A DNA stretch of 64,000 nt, from the NCBI RefSeq assembly GCF_006345805.1, contig NC_043007.1:9424001-9488000 (forward strand). The letters are read 5' to 3'. Position numbers and translations under genes: made by a program. This DNA comes from Octopus sinensis (lineage: Eukaryota). The notes under the pieces are model-generated. The model was not told where the DNA came from and did not search any database. It was given only the letters and a program-made list of their open reading frames with translations. Numbering within the stretch: position 1 is the first letter of the stretch; the number at the start of each line of letters is the position of its first letter. This document shows, one piece after another, positions 38,611 through 52,844 of this stretch.

Positions 38611-39029
38611 GGGGGGGCAGACAGATAATCAGACAGCCGACACATAGATGGATAGATACGGCTTCCGGGATATAATTACAAACACAGACAAGTAGACAAT
38701 TATGTACAGAAATATTGCAAAACAATACACGCAATATATGAGGAAAAGATAATAATGAGAGGATTTTAGAGAGTGAGAAAGATAGAATACACTTTAGGGA
38801 GAGGGAGAGAGACAGAAAGAGAGCCAGAGAAATATGAGGCAATTTATAGAGGAAGACAAAAAGCGATAGTTCGTCTAGTGCGATTAACTTGCAACTTGTT
38901 GACAAGTAATGAGTATAGAGTGTGTCTCTGTTATGGCCGTCTGCGCCTGGGCGTGTTTGGATGCGCTTCTTTCTGTGTGCCTTACTGTTCTGTATATAAC
39001 TGCATGTTACTGTATGTTCTGTGTGACTG

Positions 39030-39260
39030 CATGTTTGTAAGATGTTCGCTTTCCACCGGCGTAGTTCCAAATTCAATCTCACTGCCAGCCACCGTGGAGC
39101 CCCGAGCAACAACTGTCTCGTAATATAGCCCTGTGCCAATCAAAGCATTATGAGTGGATTTGGTAGATGGAAAAGGAAAGAAGGCCTTCGTATGCATTCG
39201 TGTGTCTGTGTGTGTGTTTCTCTGTCACCCCGGCTTGACAACTGCTAAAGGCCTACATTC
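39030..39260 (+). mobile_element. SINE family C, degenerate
   Basis: tgagtggatttggtagatgg...aagaaggccttcgta...gcttgacaac. Confidence 0.6.
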
Positions 39261-39493
39261 CTGTGACAGCGATTCGGGTCGATTCTTTCGATTACACACC
39301 CTTCAAGACATTGCTCTAGTACGGCCGCAGCCAACATCTCATACATGGAGAAAAAAGATACAAACACACACATACACGTATATATACACATACATACATA
39401 TATGTATGTATATATGTGTGTGTGGATTTATATATACATGCCTGTGTATATATATATATATAAGTATATATGTCTTTATATATATATATATAT

Positions 39494-39544
<51 letters not shown>

Positions 39545-39714
39545 TAGAGAGAGAGAGAGTGACATAGCCATATATACTTATATATACACAGGCATGTATA
39601 TGTATATATATGTGTGTGTGTGTATGTATATATATATGGGTTTGTGTGTATATATATGTATGTATATACATATATGTGTGTGTATGTATGTGGGTATATA
39701 TATATGTATATATG

Positions 39715-39753
<39 letters not shown>

Positions 39754-39991
39754 CATGTATATGTGGACATACATACGCACACACACACGCTCGCGCACAC
39801 TCGCACACACAACACAAAAATATACATGGTCACAATCTATTGATTTAAAGAAGGAAAAAATAAATGATAAAGATATATAAACATATGTATGCATGTATCT
39901 ATGTATGTATGTTTATATGCACGGAAACATTATATATATATATATGTTATATATATATATATATATATAATATATATAATATATATGTATG

Positions 39992-40025
<34 letters not shown>

Positions 40026-40620
40026 TGTATGTGTATATATGTATGTATATATATATATATATATAATTAGGGGTGTCATAGGTAATGGTTATATGGAGGA
40101 AGGGTGGACCGAGACGGGGATGAAATACGATGAGCGTTAATCAGACGCAAGCGTCTGTGTCTAAATGAAAGTATAACACTGTGTGCGGGTTATTCACGTG
40201 TGAAACTTACACGAAAACTAAAGAAAAGGAAATCTAGATGCGGTGCAAATTCAACAACAACACATTCAGCAACAAGGATTATAATAAGGACATCGATTGT
40301 AATCACGGCGATGGCAACTAACACGATAGAAAATACAATAAGCAAATAATGAATGAGATAACTGAATATAATAACAAGAAGATTGACAACAGAAATATGA
40401 AGAAAATAAAGATATCGATCCAAGTAGGCAATAGAACGAAAAGAAGAAATGCAACGAAATCGAGGAAAATGATGTTTACTGAAAAACGAACAGAATTTGA
40501 GAGTTGAAGTTGAGAAGATAATTGACTGAGAAAGTGAAATAAATTAGGAAAATGAATGAGATAAATACGAGACCTGTTTGTGTTTAGGGAATTGTTTTCT
40601 CTGTGTGTGTGTATGTGTGT

Positions 40621-40670
<50 letters not shown>

Positions 40671-40704
40671 AGAATTTGAGGTTAAATTCTGCGTACAGGA
40701 TATA

Positions 40705-40827
40705 CGAGGGGTGTATGAAAAGTCTTGAGCCTCAAAAAAAACAAAACATGGTACAAGACTTCTAACGAAGGTGCCAGACTTCAGGCTCAAAGGTCTTGAA
40801 GGCTCAAATCTATTAATACAGCCCTCG
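40705..40827. mobile_element. 123-bp Tc1/mariner-type MITE
   Basis: TA-cgaggggtgtat ... atacagccctcg-TA: terminal inverted repeats with TA duplication. Confidence 0.8.
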
Positions 40828-40904
40828 TATGCAAGAGCCATAAAAAACAGGGTTGGAATTTCTTTGAATAATATATATCCCTCTATATACATCATACAAA
40901 CCCT

Positions 40905-40947
<43 letters not shown>

Positions 40948-41139
40948 TTTGTATATGTAAATGTGTTCCCATATGTATGCATACGTGTGTGCTACTGGAT
41001 GCACTCGACACGTGACAAACCACAAAGGGTTTAGGTGTTGACACTTATATTAATCACTCACCTTCCGTTTGCAAACAGGTATTCCGTATCCCAGGGTTGG
41101 CCTCACTAACGCAATACACGATATGTATATTCAAATGTA

Positions 41140-41300
41140 TAAATAACAACAGACAAAGATAGGTGGGGGAAGACCAAGTAGGCGCATTACTTTGACGCTC
41201 ACGGATTTTGGAAACGTCTTTGACTTTTCGAGCCTATGCTCTTGGACGGAAAGGGATGAGAGGAAGAAAAATGGAGAGAGAAAGAGAAAAAAAACGGAGA
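41140..41300 (-). mobile_element. Penelope-like terminal repeat with a hammerhead-like motif (copy 3, divergent)
   Basis: Minus strand cttt-CCGTCCA-A-GAGC-atag-GCTC-GAAA-AGT-C-aaag. Confidence 0.5.
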
Positions 41301-42059
41301 TAGAAAAAATGTCTTTACATATGTGTGTATGCGTGCGCGGAGTATGTGTATGAGCGTGTGTGTATACATATATTTGTTCGTATCTTAGTGTACCGTTATA
41401 TAACTCAATGTATGCGTGGAAGCGTGCGTGTTTGTCTGTATTCATGTGTGCGTGTATGCATCTGTTTCTGTGTGTGTAAAACCACCTAGTAAGTATAAAA
41501 ACATTGCCCTTAAACTAAAATTAATTATGACGAGCCGTTACGGTTTGCATACCTTATTGAGAACAATTCAGAAGCGTCTGTATCACCTAACATATCTTAG
41601 AAATATACAGCTATTCTGTATATTCACACATCAAATGCCGTAGTTTCGTAGAAAAAGAGTTACTTATTTGCAGACTATAAATAGCCTGCCCGTATTTTCA
41701 AAGACGTTCTCTTATAAATTCGTATTTATTAAGAATCAGCAGAGGAATACATATCAGAGATCTGCACTATGTCTAATTGCTCAAACAACGTTGAAGTAAT
41801 TGCATTTCACCGTTGATTGAATGATTGTAACAGGGAATCTTCACTATTAAATATATCTGTGTGTCATGCATGTATATGTACATACATACATATATATATA
41901 CGTGTGTATGTGTGTAAAACACTCTCCACCGCTTGCAAACACAGGTTGTCTGTATCTTAGGGCAGGTCGTGAAGTGACGCAAAATATAAATAGTTCAAAG
42001 CACAGATAACAAGAGACAGCATTATAACTGGATGTATAATTGCCGCGTTTCACATGAAT

Positions 42060-42775
42060 ATCACCGAGACATTGGCAATGTGCAGGCGAATGGCCGAATA
42101 GATTTTGAGAAGTTTCAGAGCAAGGGACCAGGAAATTATCCTGGTTTTAAGGAGGACATTTTTCTTTAGCCATCTGGAAGTACTGCTCTCAACTGTGGTC
42201 ACCTTACAGTGTCAGATAAATGATAGAACTCGAAGCAGTTCAGCGATGTTACACCAGGGAGATTGCATCAATGGAACAGCAGAGCTACTGGGAAAGACTG
42301 AAACATTTACGACTCTACTCCACGGAGCGATGACGGTAGAGGTATGCAGTGATATATGTATGGAGGATCTTGAACGGGCTAGCACCAAAGGTTGGAATCG
42401 AGAACTATATCAGATCCCAAACTGGACATCACTGCACTGTTCCAATGGTCCCAACTGTCCCATCTTGACTAAGGACCATGTCCTGCAATAGCTTCACATT
42501 CAAGAACCCGCAGCAATATAACTCCTTGCTAAAACATCAGAAGGATATTTATCGGATGGGTGATAAATGTTTTCAAGAAACAACTTGAATTATCCTATCC
42601 AAAGTTCCACATGAAGTGTGAGGACTCAAAAATGGACAGTGGTTTCGAACTACTTCCACTAAAAGCCAATAGCCTAGAATTGACCATTAAAGGGGTAATT
42701 ACACTGACGGTAGCCCAGCATGGTCGCGGCCTTTGGGGCTGAACTGAAACATATAAAAGAATAAAAGTATATATA
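42060..42775 (+). mobile_element. CR1/L2-like LINE 3' portion, frameshifted
   Basis: ILRSFRARDQ...YCSQLWSPY...ELEAVQRCYTREI...SYWERLKHLRLYS...RYAVIYVWRILNGLAP; tail cagcatggtcgcggcc. Confidence 0.85.
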
Positions 42776-42903
42776 TATGTAAACTTTCACTAAGTAAATT
42801 GAGACACTGTCGTCGACATTTCGGCGTGCTCGCCTTCAGCTTTTCATTTATAACTTGACATGAAAATAGCAAACATCGGTGTGTGTGCACGCTCGCTCAC
42901 ACT

Positions 42904-42943
<40 letters not shown>

Positions 42944-43333
42944 CATACATACATACATACATACATACATACATACATACATACATACATACATACATAC
43001 TGTAGACATACTTCTATATATGTGCTTTCATGTGTTCGTATAATGTAATATCTCTTTATGCTTACCAAAATTAAATGTATTGATTTGGATATATGTAAAT
43101 AAAATAATGCAGAGTATCACATCATCAACCATAATTATGTTGCATGGACAATTTCCAGCTCTCTATCCTGCATAAACAATCTTCAGAACTATGTGAAATT
43201 AATCACTATAACGCACACAAACATAATGAGTTGTGTTTCTGACTATAATGGTGAGTGTAGTTTATATATCTCATGTACTTTAGTTTACAGTGTTCAAACA
43301 CACTCTGAACGACGGAGAAAATTTACGTCAGTG

Positions 43334-43990
43334 GATCAATTCGTTAATGAATTTGTGGAGTCTTATTAACCGTTAAGTCTACACTGATTCATCAAACTAT
43401 CATGTAGATAATTATCACTCCAGGTTATCTGATGATTTTATTCAGACATCGTCTGGGTGTATTTTATGGAAATGGCCGCTTATATTGTTTTCATGCGTGT
43501 GGAATGATCCTATATACAGTAAGTCGACAAGACACATAGAATACTCTTGTTCGGGCTCCTTCATCGCTTTCGCCCGAAAGTAATTCTTAAATCTTTTTCC
43601 AAGTATCACATTATGAACCATAATAATTTCCTACCGTACCTGTATTCCGTCAAATCGTACTCCGTCGGTTACGACGACGAGGGTTCGAGTTGATCCGATT
43701 AACGGAGCATCGATCATTTCGTTAATGAATTTGTGGAGTTTTATTAACCGTTAAGTCTACACTGATTCATCAAACTATCATGTAGATAATTGTCACTCCA
43801 GATAATCTTATTTTATTCAGACATCGTCCGGGAGTATTTTATGGAAATGGTCGTATTATATGTTTTCCAATATTATGTTTCCATGTGTGTGGAATGATCC
43901 TATATCTAGTAGGTCGACAAGACACATAGAATAATCTTATTTGGGCTCCTTCACCGCTGTCACCCGACAGGTATCACATTATCAACCATA
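43334..43990. repeat. Local duplication of about 285 bp (43334-43623 and 43712-43990)
   Basis: Both copies read ttcgttaatgaatttgtggag...gtcgacaagacacatagaat...gtatcacattat(g/c)aaccataa. Confidence 0.9.
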
Positions 43991-44263
43991 ACGGAGCAGT
44001 ATGTTCATGAAATTAACAAGTGGCTGAGTATTCCATTGACACACGTTCCATTAACGTAGTTCTCAGTGAGATTCAGTGTGACACAGTATGTGAGAAGGCT
44101 GGTCCTTTAAATTACAGGTGCAACTCATTATTGCCTGCCTAGTAAACTGGCGCAACATGAAATAAAATATCTTATTCAAAGACATACTGCGCCACCGGGA
44201 ATCGAATTCACGACCTTATGATTGTGAGCCGAATACACTAATCACTAAGCCACACGACTGCAC
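43658..44263 (-). mobile_element. SINE family A interrupted at 43709-43989 by a copy of its flank
   Basis: 3' end tactccgtcggttacgacgacgaggg; resumes at aacggagc 43990; head gggaatcgaattc...ctaagccac. Confidence 0.8.
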
Positions 44264-44496
44264 TGGATTCGATTAAGCAATTCCTGAAGTAAAATACAAT
44301 TAGAGTATCCAACTCGCATTATATCAGTCTACATTGGCTAATATCACAGCTGAAAAACAAAAATGGTGACGGAATTGAAATATTTTCAGTAGAATTTTAG
44401 TAGCAAGGCGTGTGAACATTTCACACCTTTATTTTGCAATCAATATAACCTCTGCGTACATGCATATATATATATGTTATAGATAGATATATATAT

Positions 44497-44569
<73 letters not shown>

Positions 44570-44595
44570 ATATATATATATATAATAATAATAAT

Positions 44596-44626
<31 letters not shown>

Positions 44627-44734
44627 GTAATAATAATAATGAAAACAATAACATCCAAATACCTTTGGAATGAGATCCCAGGCTCGAAATTTCCCCATTA
44701 TATATATATATATATATTATTTCATTTTTATTTA

Positions 44735-44778
44735 ATCTAGTTTCAGCTCACGAGCTGTGGCCATGCTGGGGCACCGCG
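44735..44778 (-). mobile_element. Extreme 3' tail of the CR1/L2-like LINE
   Basis: Reverse complement gcggtgccccagcatggccacagctcgtgagctgaaacta matches 20522-20562. Confidence 0.7.
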
Positions 44779-44984
44779 ATTATCTTTTGAATATGGACAG
44801 GATTTCCTGCTGGCTACACTTTACTGGCTACATACATACGTACATACATATATGCATACATATATACATACATACATACATGCATACATATGTATGTACG
44901 TACGCACGCACGTAAATGCATGCATACACATAGTAATACATACATACATGCATATATATACATACTTATACATATGCATAAATA

Positions 44985-45415
44985 CTAATCACTCACCATA
45001 TCACGGTTTATCTTCCGCGCACTTAGTACATCGCAAATGTTTTTGGCTATTTTATGTAAATTCATATTGCAGATTCCTTAGTATATCGCGGGTTTCTGCG
45101 GTCGATAAGTATTCATAGTTTTTTAGTTTTTAGTTACCTTTATGGTACAAATGAGCATTTTCACGCCTGAAAATTGATAAATCAATGTATAAAAATTACA
45201 CTACAGTACTGTAGTGTATAATATATCAATTATAATATATTGAATGAAAATACGTTGTGTACCGTCGATGAATGAACAAAGAATCGCACATACCGTACGA
45301 AAAATGAAACTCCGGAGGCGAGTGTGAGGTGTTGGTTTGCATTTATGATAAAATACGATCCCAAAACCACCGTGGTTTTGGGAACGTAACACCTACGATA
45401 GTCGAGGGATTACTG
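44985..45415. mobile_element. Probable Tigger/pogo-like MITE
   Basis: Right end cgatagtcgagggattactg-TA is a typical CAGTAATCCCTCG terminus; left TIR is poorly conserved. Confidence 0.4.
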
Positions 45416-45433
45416 TATATATATATATATATA

Positions 45434-45482
<49 letters not shown>

Positions 45483-45503
45483 CTAGCTAGATAGCTAGCT
45501 ACC

Positions 45504-45593
<90 letters not shown>

Positions 45594-45624
45594 TATAGAT
45601 AGACAGATAGATTGATATAGTTAT

Positions 45625-45655
<31 letters not shown>
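45416..45655. repeat. (TA)n/(GATA)n compound microsatellite
   Basis: Direct inspection. Confidence 0.95.
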
Positions 45656-45657
<2 letters not shown>

Positions 45658-46660
45658 CATATAAATATACATATATAGAGACAGGGTATATATACATATG
45701 GAGCGAGCGTTGTGTATGTATGCATATAACTATGCATACACGCATAAATACATGCATACGCATACAGACAAACCAACGCACGCAAACAGACACGTATTTA
45801 TGTATATTCACACGCGCACACAAACATTTGCTTATAACTACATGTGGGCATGCGTATGTTGACAGGATGTTCTCTCATGTTATCGTATTATAGAAGAGAT
45901 GCAATAAGTTACATATATTCTATTAGTATCAGTCACTGTTTAATAGTATATTTCCATTTGACACATACGGAAATGCTGCAGACATTTTAAAAATTAATGT
46001 ACAAGCTACAATTATTATTTTTTCTGTGTTATTTAGACGCATTAAGCTTTCGATCTTCTATCATAGTGAATCTTAATATGCTTTACTAGATGGCATTACG
46101 TAATCTCACTATAGCATTAGATATAACTCTTAATGACACAATACGTCTTAATGGTAATTAACAAATATATTTCTCAGTATATTCTATATTCATTTACACA
46201 ATAAACTAGTGCTGGTGATATATAAATGTTACCAGAATTCTTCCGGTATTTAATCGATATTTTAGTTTAAGCGTTCAATATGAAGATGTTTCGATATGTA
46301 TGTTGTAAATATGCAGTAATGCAGTAACAGTAATATTTAGTATGGTAGAGGTACGCATGTGTAGAAATGTTCATGCGTATGTGTATAAAAGGCATATGCG
46401 TATACAGAGACATTTACATACGCACCCATAAACTCGCACATATACACATTGAGGCATGTAAAAATCATCGTCGCTTGGCTGGATGAATACAGAAGATTGA
46501 ATATGCGAGACAAATACATCAAATATCAAATACGCACGAATGTATGAGTGTATTATATTTTACATAAGAGAACATATATATATATATACTAAGAGAAAAA
46601 GAAAGTGAGGGGGATATTACGGATAGATAGAATAAATACATCCATATCTACTCGCATACG

Positions 46661-46704
<44 letters not shown>

Positions 46705-46736
46705 TATATATATATTTATATATATATATTTTATAT

Positions 46737-46772
<36 letters not shown>

Positions 46773-47762
46773 ATTTATTTATATATATGCAATATGTGCA
46801 TGTCCACACACACACATACACATATATACATATATATACGAGATGACGTACCCGGGAATTCCCGGGGAAGCGGTGCTTATCCCTTGCTTCAGTTCTCATA
46901 ATTGTTTCGCTAATCAAATAACAACAATACAAAGTGTGTAGCCCTCATTTGCCTTTACATAGAATACCGAATTATCTTACACAGGATCTTGTTTTTAGGA
47001 ATATCCAACAAGTTATGAATACCCAAATTGTGCAGTCAGTTACGTAATAACATGAAATTAGTTATTCGATAGTAAGAATTCAAATAAAGTAGCCCCGAAA
47101 AGGGCGTTAATGCGTTCCCAGAGTATATAGCACATAGGAGGAAATATGAATAAGCTATGTATACCAAAATCGTGAAGCATGATACGTAATAACAGACTAA
47201 TCAGATATGAGTTAATAACAATACAAAGTAAATAACTCTGAAAAGGGATTTTGTGCGTTCCCAGAGAATATTACCCTTAGGGATGCTAGTTTTGGTATAT
47301 TCGTGAATAAGTCACTAACCGAAATAAGTGGATCTATTGCTTAGAAAAATACTATTTACTTGTTACAGGGTTGTACTGGATAAATTGCGAAAATAACTCT
47401 AACAGTTCAAATACTAAGAAATAAGCATGCTCAATCTCATTTTTACCAAATAATTTAGGAAAATGAATGGGTTATTTCCATTGGCTATATATAAGGATCC
47501 TTCCCAGGAGCCCCATTATCGATTATTTTTCGACAACCTGAGTATGCCATAAGTTTTCCAGACATAAGTTCTACTTATGTGTCAGGTTTCATCAAAAGTC
47601 ACGAAGAATACCTCACATTCTTCCATAGCTAAAAATATGCAATATTCTCGCAGGATTTTCAATATAGGTCTACTGTTAACCATAACATGTCTAGTATTGT
47701 ACAGTAGGTTACAAGATATTAATTTAAGAGGATTTGAAATTAGAATATAAAGAGTCCTTTTT

Positions 47763-48999
47763 TGGGGTCATCCCATAAATAATGCAGTTTGTTTATACTT
47801 TTAATTTTCAAAATTGTTTTTTTTAATTTAAATTATACTCTCCTTCTTTTTCTACCTGCTAGATTTGCATGGCCACTCTTCCAAAATTCACTCGTCCGTG
47901 ACGAAAAGTACTTCTCCAGCACTGTTTTGATCTCGTCTACAGAATTCATACTTTTTTCCGTCCAGATGATTTTGAGGACTGCGGAATTAATGATAATGAG
48001 ATATGGCAATGTCCGGCGAATGCGCTAGATGGGGCATCGTTTTCCATTCAAACTGCTCCAGCCTTTGAAATGTCATTATTGCTGTATGTGGCCGAGCATT
48101 ATCCTGATGGAAGAACACCTTTCACCTTGGAACCAATGGCGGTCGGTTTTCTTCTAGCGCTGACCTAAGCCGTTCTCTTTTGTTAAAGTTTGGCTTGGGT
48201 TTAAAAGTTCAAATTGGATTAAAATTTTCATAACCGACGAAACATATAACAATACCTTACGTGAGTGAAGACATTCTTTAGCCTGGGGTGCCAGTATATC
48301 TCCTTTCCATACTCAGTGTCTTCGGCGCATGACATTTTTATAGAGAACACATTTCTCGTCACCATTCACTATTCAGTCCTAAAAAGGTTCATTGATAGGA
48401 CGTGACAGCAAAGAAGAGCACATATTCACTATCTTCGTGCGATTAGACTCAGAAGGTTGGTGAAGAACACATTGACCCAATTTGATGAACTTTCCGACGG
48501 CACGCATGTGTCGATGAATGGTTGAACGACCAAATCCAAGCTTCTCTGCTAGTTTCTCAACAGTTACGATGGGATATTTTTCAACTAAGACTTACAGAAC
48601 GTCCTCGTCGAGCTCTACAGATCTTCCTGCACGAGGCTCGTCTTCCAGGCTGTAGTTCCCGGCTCGGAATTTCTGGAACGACTGTTAACACTGGCTTACG
48701 CGTGTTGTCCGATCCCCATATACTGCATTAATATTCCTCGCACTTTCCGTTGCGTTGTTGCCTCTGTTGAAATCATGAAGTAAAATATACCGAATACGCT
48801 CTTGTGTCCCTTCCATTATAGCTTTGAGAAAATAATTGTGATAATCGAACTCCACTATTCAAACCTTGCACTATGAATAACGACAAGGTAAAATTACTAT
48901 CTGCTTCTATGGCAAGTTAATGCAGATAGTTTATCCTGTCTCTCTCCGACTTTTAGTTCATGCTATTGAAAAAACCGCATTATTTATGGGATGACCTAA
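47763..48999 (-). mobile_element. Near full-length decayed mariner transposon (1237 bp)
   Basis: TIR ggtcatcccataaataatgc(a/g)gttt at both ends, TA at 49000-49001; minus-strand residues IRYILLHDFNRGNNATES, VFFHQDNARPHTA, HSPDIA..HYH, QNHLDGKKYE. Confidence 0.92.
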
Positions 49000-49579
49000 T
49001 ATATATAACATGAAGTGTCGTTGCCCGACTCTCTACCGACTATGCTATACAGCGCACTTAAGAACGTTGTAATATGTGACTTTAATTAATCGATTTCCCA
49101 TCTTCAATTGTGAAATGACGCCTTTCTAGTGTAGTGTTTAATAACTAACAATATCACCAGGAGTAATTGATAATTTCTCTCAAAATTACTAGAAGGAGAA
49201 TGTGAATAGAAGTGCTTGCTGATGGATATTGTCAAATGGTAACGGAAGACAGCGTGTTAAAATCAAAAGAAGATTGGAATTGCTGTATGCATTCTTCACT
49301 TTCGTTCTTGAACGAACTTATTCCGATAACAACAGTAGATTAAGATATGAAGATCTATAAAGTATGGCCGTTTAAATTGTAGTTTACAGTAGTCATGACA
49401 AGTTTAATGGCGGAAGTAGTTTATGTGAGAATGCCTCTGTGTGTGTGTGTGTGTGTCTGTATGTCTCTGTGCGTGTGTGACTGCGTGTATGTGTGTGTGT
49501 GTTTGGTGTTCAGTGAATAAGTGGATGGAATAGATGGATATAACGAAAGATAGGTAGGGGGGTAAATGGATGAATTGAT

Positions 49580-49603
49580 GGATGGATAGATAGATAGATA
49601 GAT

Positions 49604-49644
<41 letters not shown>

Positions 49645-49669
49645 TATAGATAGAGAGATAGATAGATAT

Positions 49670-49726
<57 letters not shown>

Positions 49727-49762
49727 TGATGGATGGATGGATGGATAGATAGATAGATATAT

Positions 49763-49795
<33 letters not shown>

Positions 49796-49838
49796 TAGAT
49801 AGATATAGATAGATAGATAGATATAGATAGATAGATAT

Positions 49839-49870
<32 letters not shown>
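49580..49870. repeat. (GATA)n/(TA)n/(GA)n compound microsatellite
   Basis: Direct inspection. Confidence 0.95.
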
Positions 49871-49871
<1 letters not shown>

Positions 49872-50301
49872 AACCTGCATGCATAGATATATAGATACGT
49901 ATATACATACGAATACTATTGGAAGGAGAACCGAGATAAATCCATTGAAAAAGATAGAATACCGCACATATATGCATGTATGTGTATATACGTACATAAA
50001 TATATACAGGGAGATAAAGAGACAAAATGAAAGAAGCAAATATAGAGAGATGGGGAGAGAGAGAGAAAGAGAGAGAAAGAGACAGAGAGAGATGAAAACA
50101 GAAGGTGCCATTTGAAAATAAGAGGTGTGTATATTATGAAGAATTGGGAAGAAGAAAGTGCTGTAATTGTAGATGTGATCGAAACGGTTAGCTCTGGCAG
50201 ATGATTTGGTGGTGACGTTGACAACTGCATCCATTTATTTGAGAAGACGACGCGTTGAGGAGAGCTTTTTCCCGACATTGCTTTAATAAGTCGTCCGTGT
50301 T

Positions 50302-50342
<41 letters not shown>

Positions 50343-50995
50343 ACATATGTGTGTTTGTGTTTATTTGCTTGTATGGTTGAGTGTGGCTGTACATATATAC
50401 GTGATTGAAGTAGCGAGTGTTCGTGAGTAACGCGTGCGTTTATGTGAAAGAAATACTAAGTGAATGAGCGTGTGAAATAGAAAATTGATAAGTATTCGGT
50501 ATATAATCTCAGCAGTTAGTATGATGTATGAGTTTAATATATGACTGTCTTTCATCAACCCTCTCTATCTCTTTCTCACTCTTTCTAACTCCCCGTTCTC
50601 TCTCTGTCTTTCTCTCACACTTTCTTCTTTTCTCACTCGCGCTTCGTCGTATTTCTTTCAATATAGAGTTTCCATAATACAAAGAAGAGTAATAACCATC
50701 ACCAGAACCAGAACATCAACAACAACAACAGCAACAACATCAGGCAAAAATAAATAACGAAAAATAATAACGATGATGAGTGTGTATGTTGGACAGTACT
50801 CATCAGCGAGGCCTACATGCGAGAGTTCGCCCAAGTCAAATACTAAATGAATCATAGAGATTTAATTGACATTTACGCATATAAACCAGCGTCAATTTTC
50901 TTCGTAACACAATCACTGCAATGAAACGATATCCAGACTAAAACAATTAGAAATACAATTCAAATTCTATTCTTTTCCTGTTTACCTATTTGTTT

Positions 50996-51390
50996 GTGGA
51001 GGCGCAATGGCCCAGTGGTTAGGGCAGCGGACTCACGCTCATAGCATTGCGGATTCGATTCCCAGACCGGGCGTTGTGAGTGTTTATTGAGCGAAAACAC
51101 CTAAAAAAAAATGCTCCACGACGCTCCAGCAGGGGATGGTGGTGATCCCTGCTGTACTCTTTCACCACAACTTTCTCTCACTCTTACTTCCTGTTTCTGT
51201 TGTACCTGTATTTCAAAGGGCCGGCCTTGTCACTCTCTGTGTCACGCTGAATATCCACGGGAACTACGTTAAGGGTACACGTGTCTGTGGAGTGCTCAGC
51301 CACTTACACGTTAATTTCACGAGAAGGCTGTTCCGTTGATTCGGATCAACCGGAACCCTCGTCGTCGTAACCGACGGAGTGCTTCCATCC
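50996..51390 (+). mobile_element. tRNA-derived SINE family A, full length, 12-bp TSD
   Basis: TSD acctatttgttt at 50984-50995 and 51391-51402; near-identical to 314-699. Confidence 0.92.
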
Positions 51391-51411
51391 ACCTATTTGT
51401 TTATGCATTAG

Positions 51412-51621
<210 letters not shown>

Positions 51622-52070
51622 AAGAGGTAAAATCAAATGTATGGACGGGACATCGATCTCGTCGCGGATAAGTCATGAAGCAGATAGAAGAGACAGGCTA
51701 TAAGTACTTGGGAATTTTAGAAATGGATAAATTGATGGTGAAAGAAATGACAGACAAATTTAAGTTGGAGTACTTGCGCAGAATGAGACTGATCCTTAAG
51801 TCGAAATTAAACAGACGGAATAAGATTGAAGCTATCAACGTCGAAAAGTTCTTCAAGTCAGTGCTCCAGCATGGCCTCAGTCTAATGACGGAGACAAATA
51901 AAAGGTTTAAAAAAATTTTATGTAAATGTCTTGAAACAGAAGGTTGGAAAATTAGCATCTAAGAAAGACAATTGTACACGTGATAATCGGAGCTTTGGGT
52001 CTAATACCAAATGACACCTTCAAACATTATTGTCAAATGCCAGGATATCCAAGAATAAAAGAATTACCCA
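51622..52070 (+). mobile_element. R4/Dong-like LINE fragment (RT C-terminus joined to the RLE end)
   Basis: TGYKYLGILEMDKLMVKEM...EYLRRMRLILKSKLNRRNKIEAIN, then VIIGALGLIP. Confidence 0.85.
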
Positions 52071-52494
52071 AAATTTTTGTGATGATTACGATCCACGCTA
52101 TGAGAGACCTCACTGGCAGCCTGTGAACATCTGGATCTTTCAAGCCGTTTCAAATTTACAATCAATACAAAGATTGAACTAAATCTTTATTCTCAGGATT
52201 TTGTTTTCATTTCCTTGCGATATTTTAAACCGAGATCGTAAAATCACTTTAAGACTATAAGTCATGAATAAGAAAGAAACTAGCCCTGTTTTGTCACCGT
52301 GCTTGCCTAAAATTACGCACATTTCCTTTTACATGTCTATATGTATTTTTCAAGGAATTTAGGTATAAATTATATCACCTTTGCCTTTCATTAGCGTTAA
52401 CAGTATTCCTTCTTAAAGCTGTCACTCTACGTCATATTCTTTTTTCTTCAGGTGTTATGTGAGGAAAAGTTCAATTTCTCCAACCAATTAGTCA

Positions 52495-52745
52495 AACTTA
52501 TCATCCTTCTCCTTCTTCTTCTACTTGTTTTCTTTCCGGTCCGGTGTTCGCTAAATTCTTCATACCTTCTTACCTCATCAAATGACCAAGAAATTCCAGG
52601 TGCTTGGACCTGATCTCACGAAACGGTTTCCTATTTACCCCAACCCGGGACATCGCTTCATTTATCTATCCATGCTATCCTCAATATCACTTTTAAGAAC
52701 CACATTTCGCAGCTTCCGAACCACATCATTCCTGATGTCATTCTA
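52495..52745 (-). mobile_element. RTE-like LINE fragment
   Basis: Minus-strand residues EMWFLKVILRIAWIDK...NRKPFREIRSKHLEFLGHLMR*EGMKNLA. Confidence 0.7.
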
Positions 52746-52844
52746 ATTTCTCATTTTTTTTTTTGCTGTATTATGTATAATAGGCTGCAGTTAAACACAC
52801 AAGTTACAAAGGAGGATGAATAGGATATTACACTATATTGATTG

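Noticed and set aside
49916-50278. 120-aa ORF starting MSGKSSPQRVVF
   Set aside because: Runs into (CT)n/(TA)n repeats; no donor site or known domain
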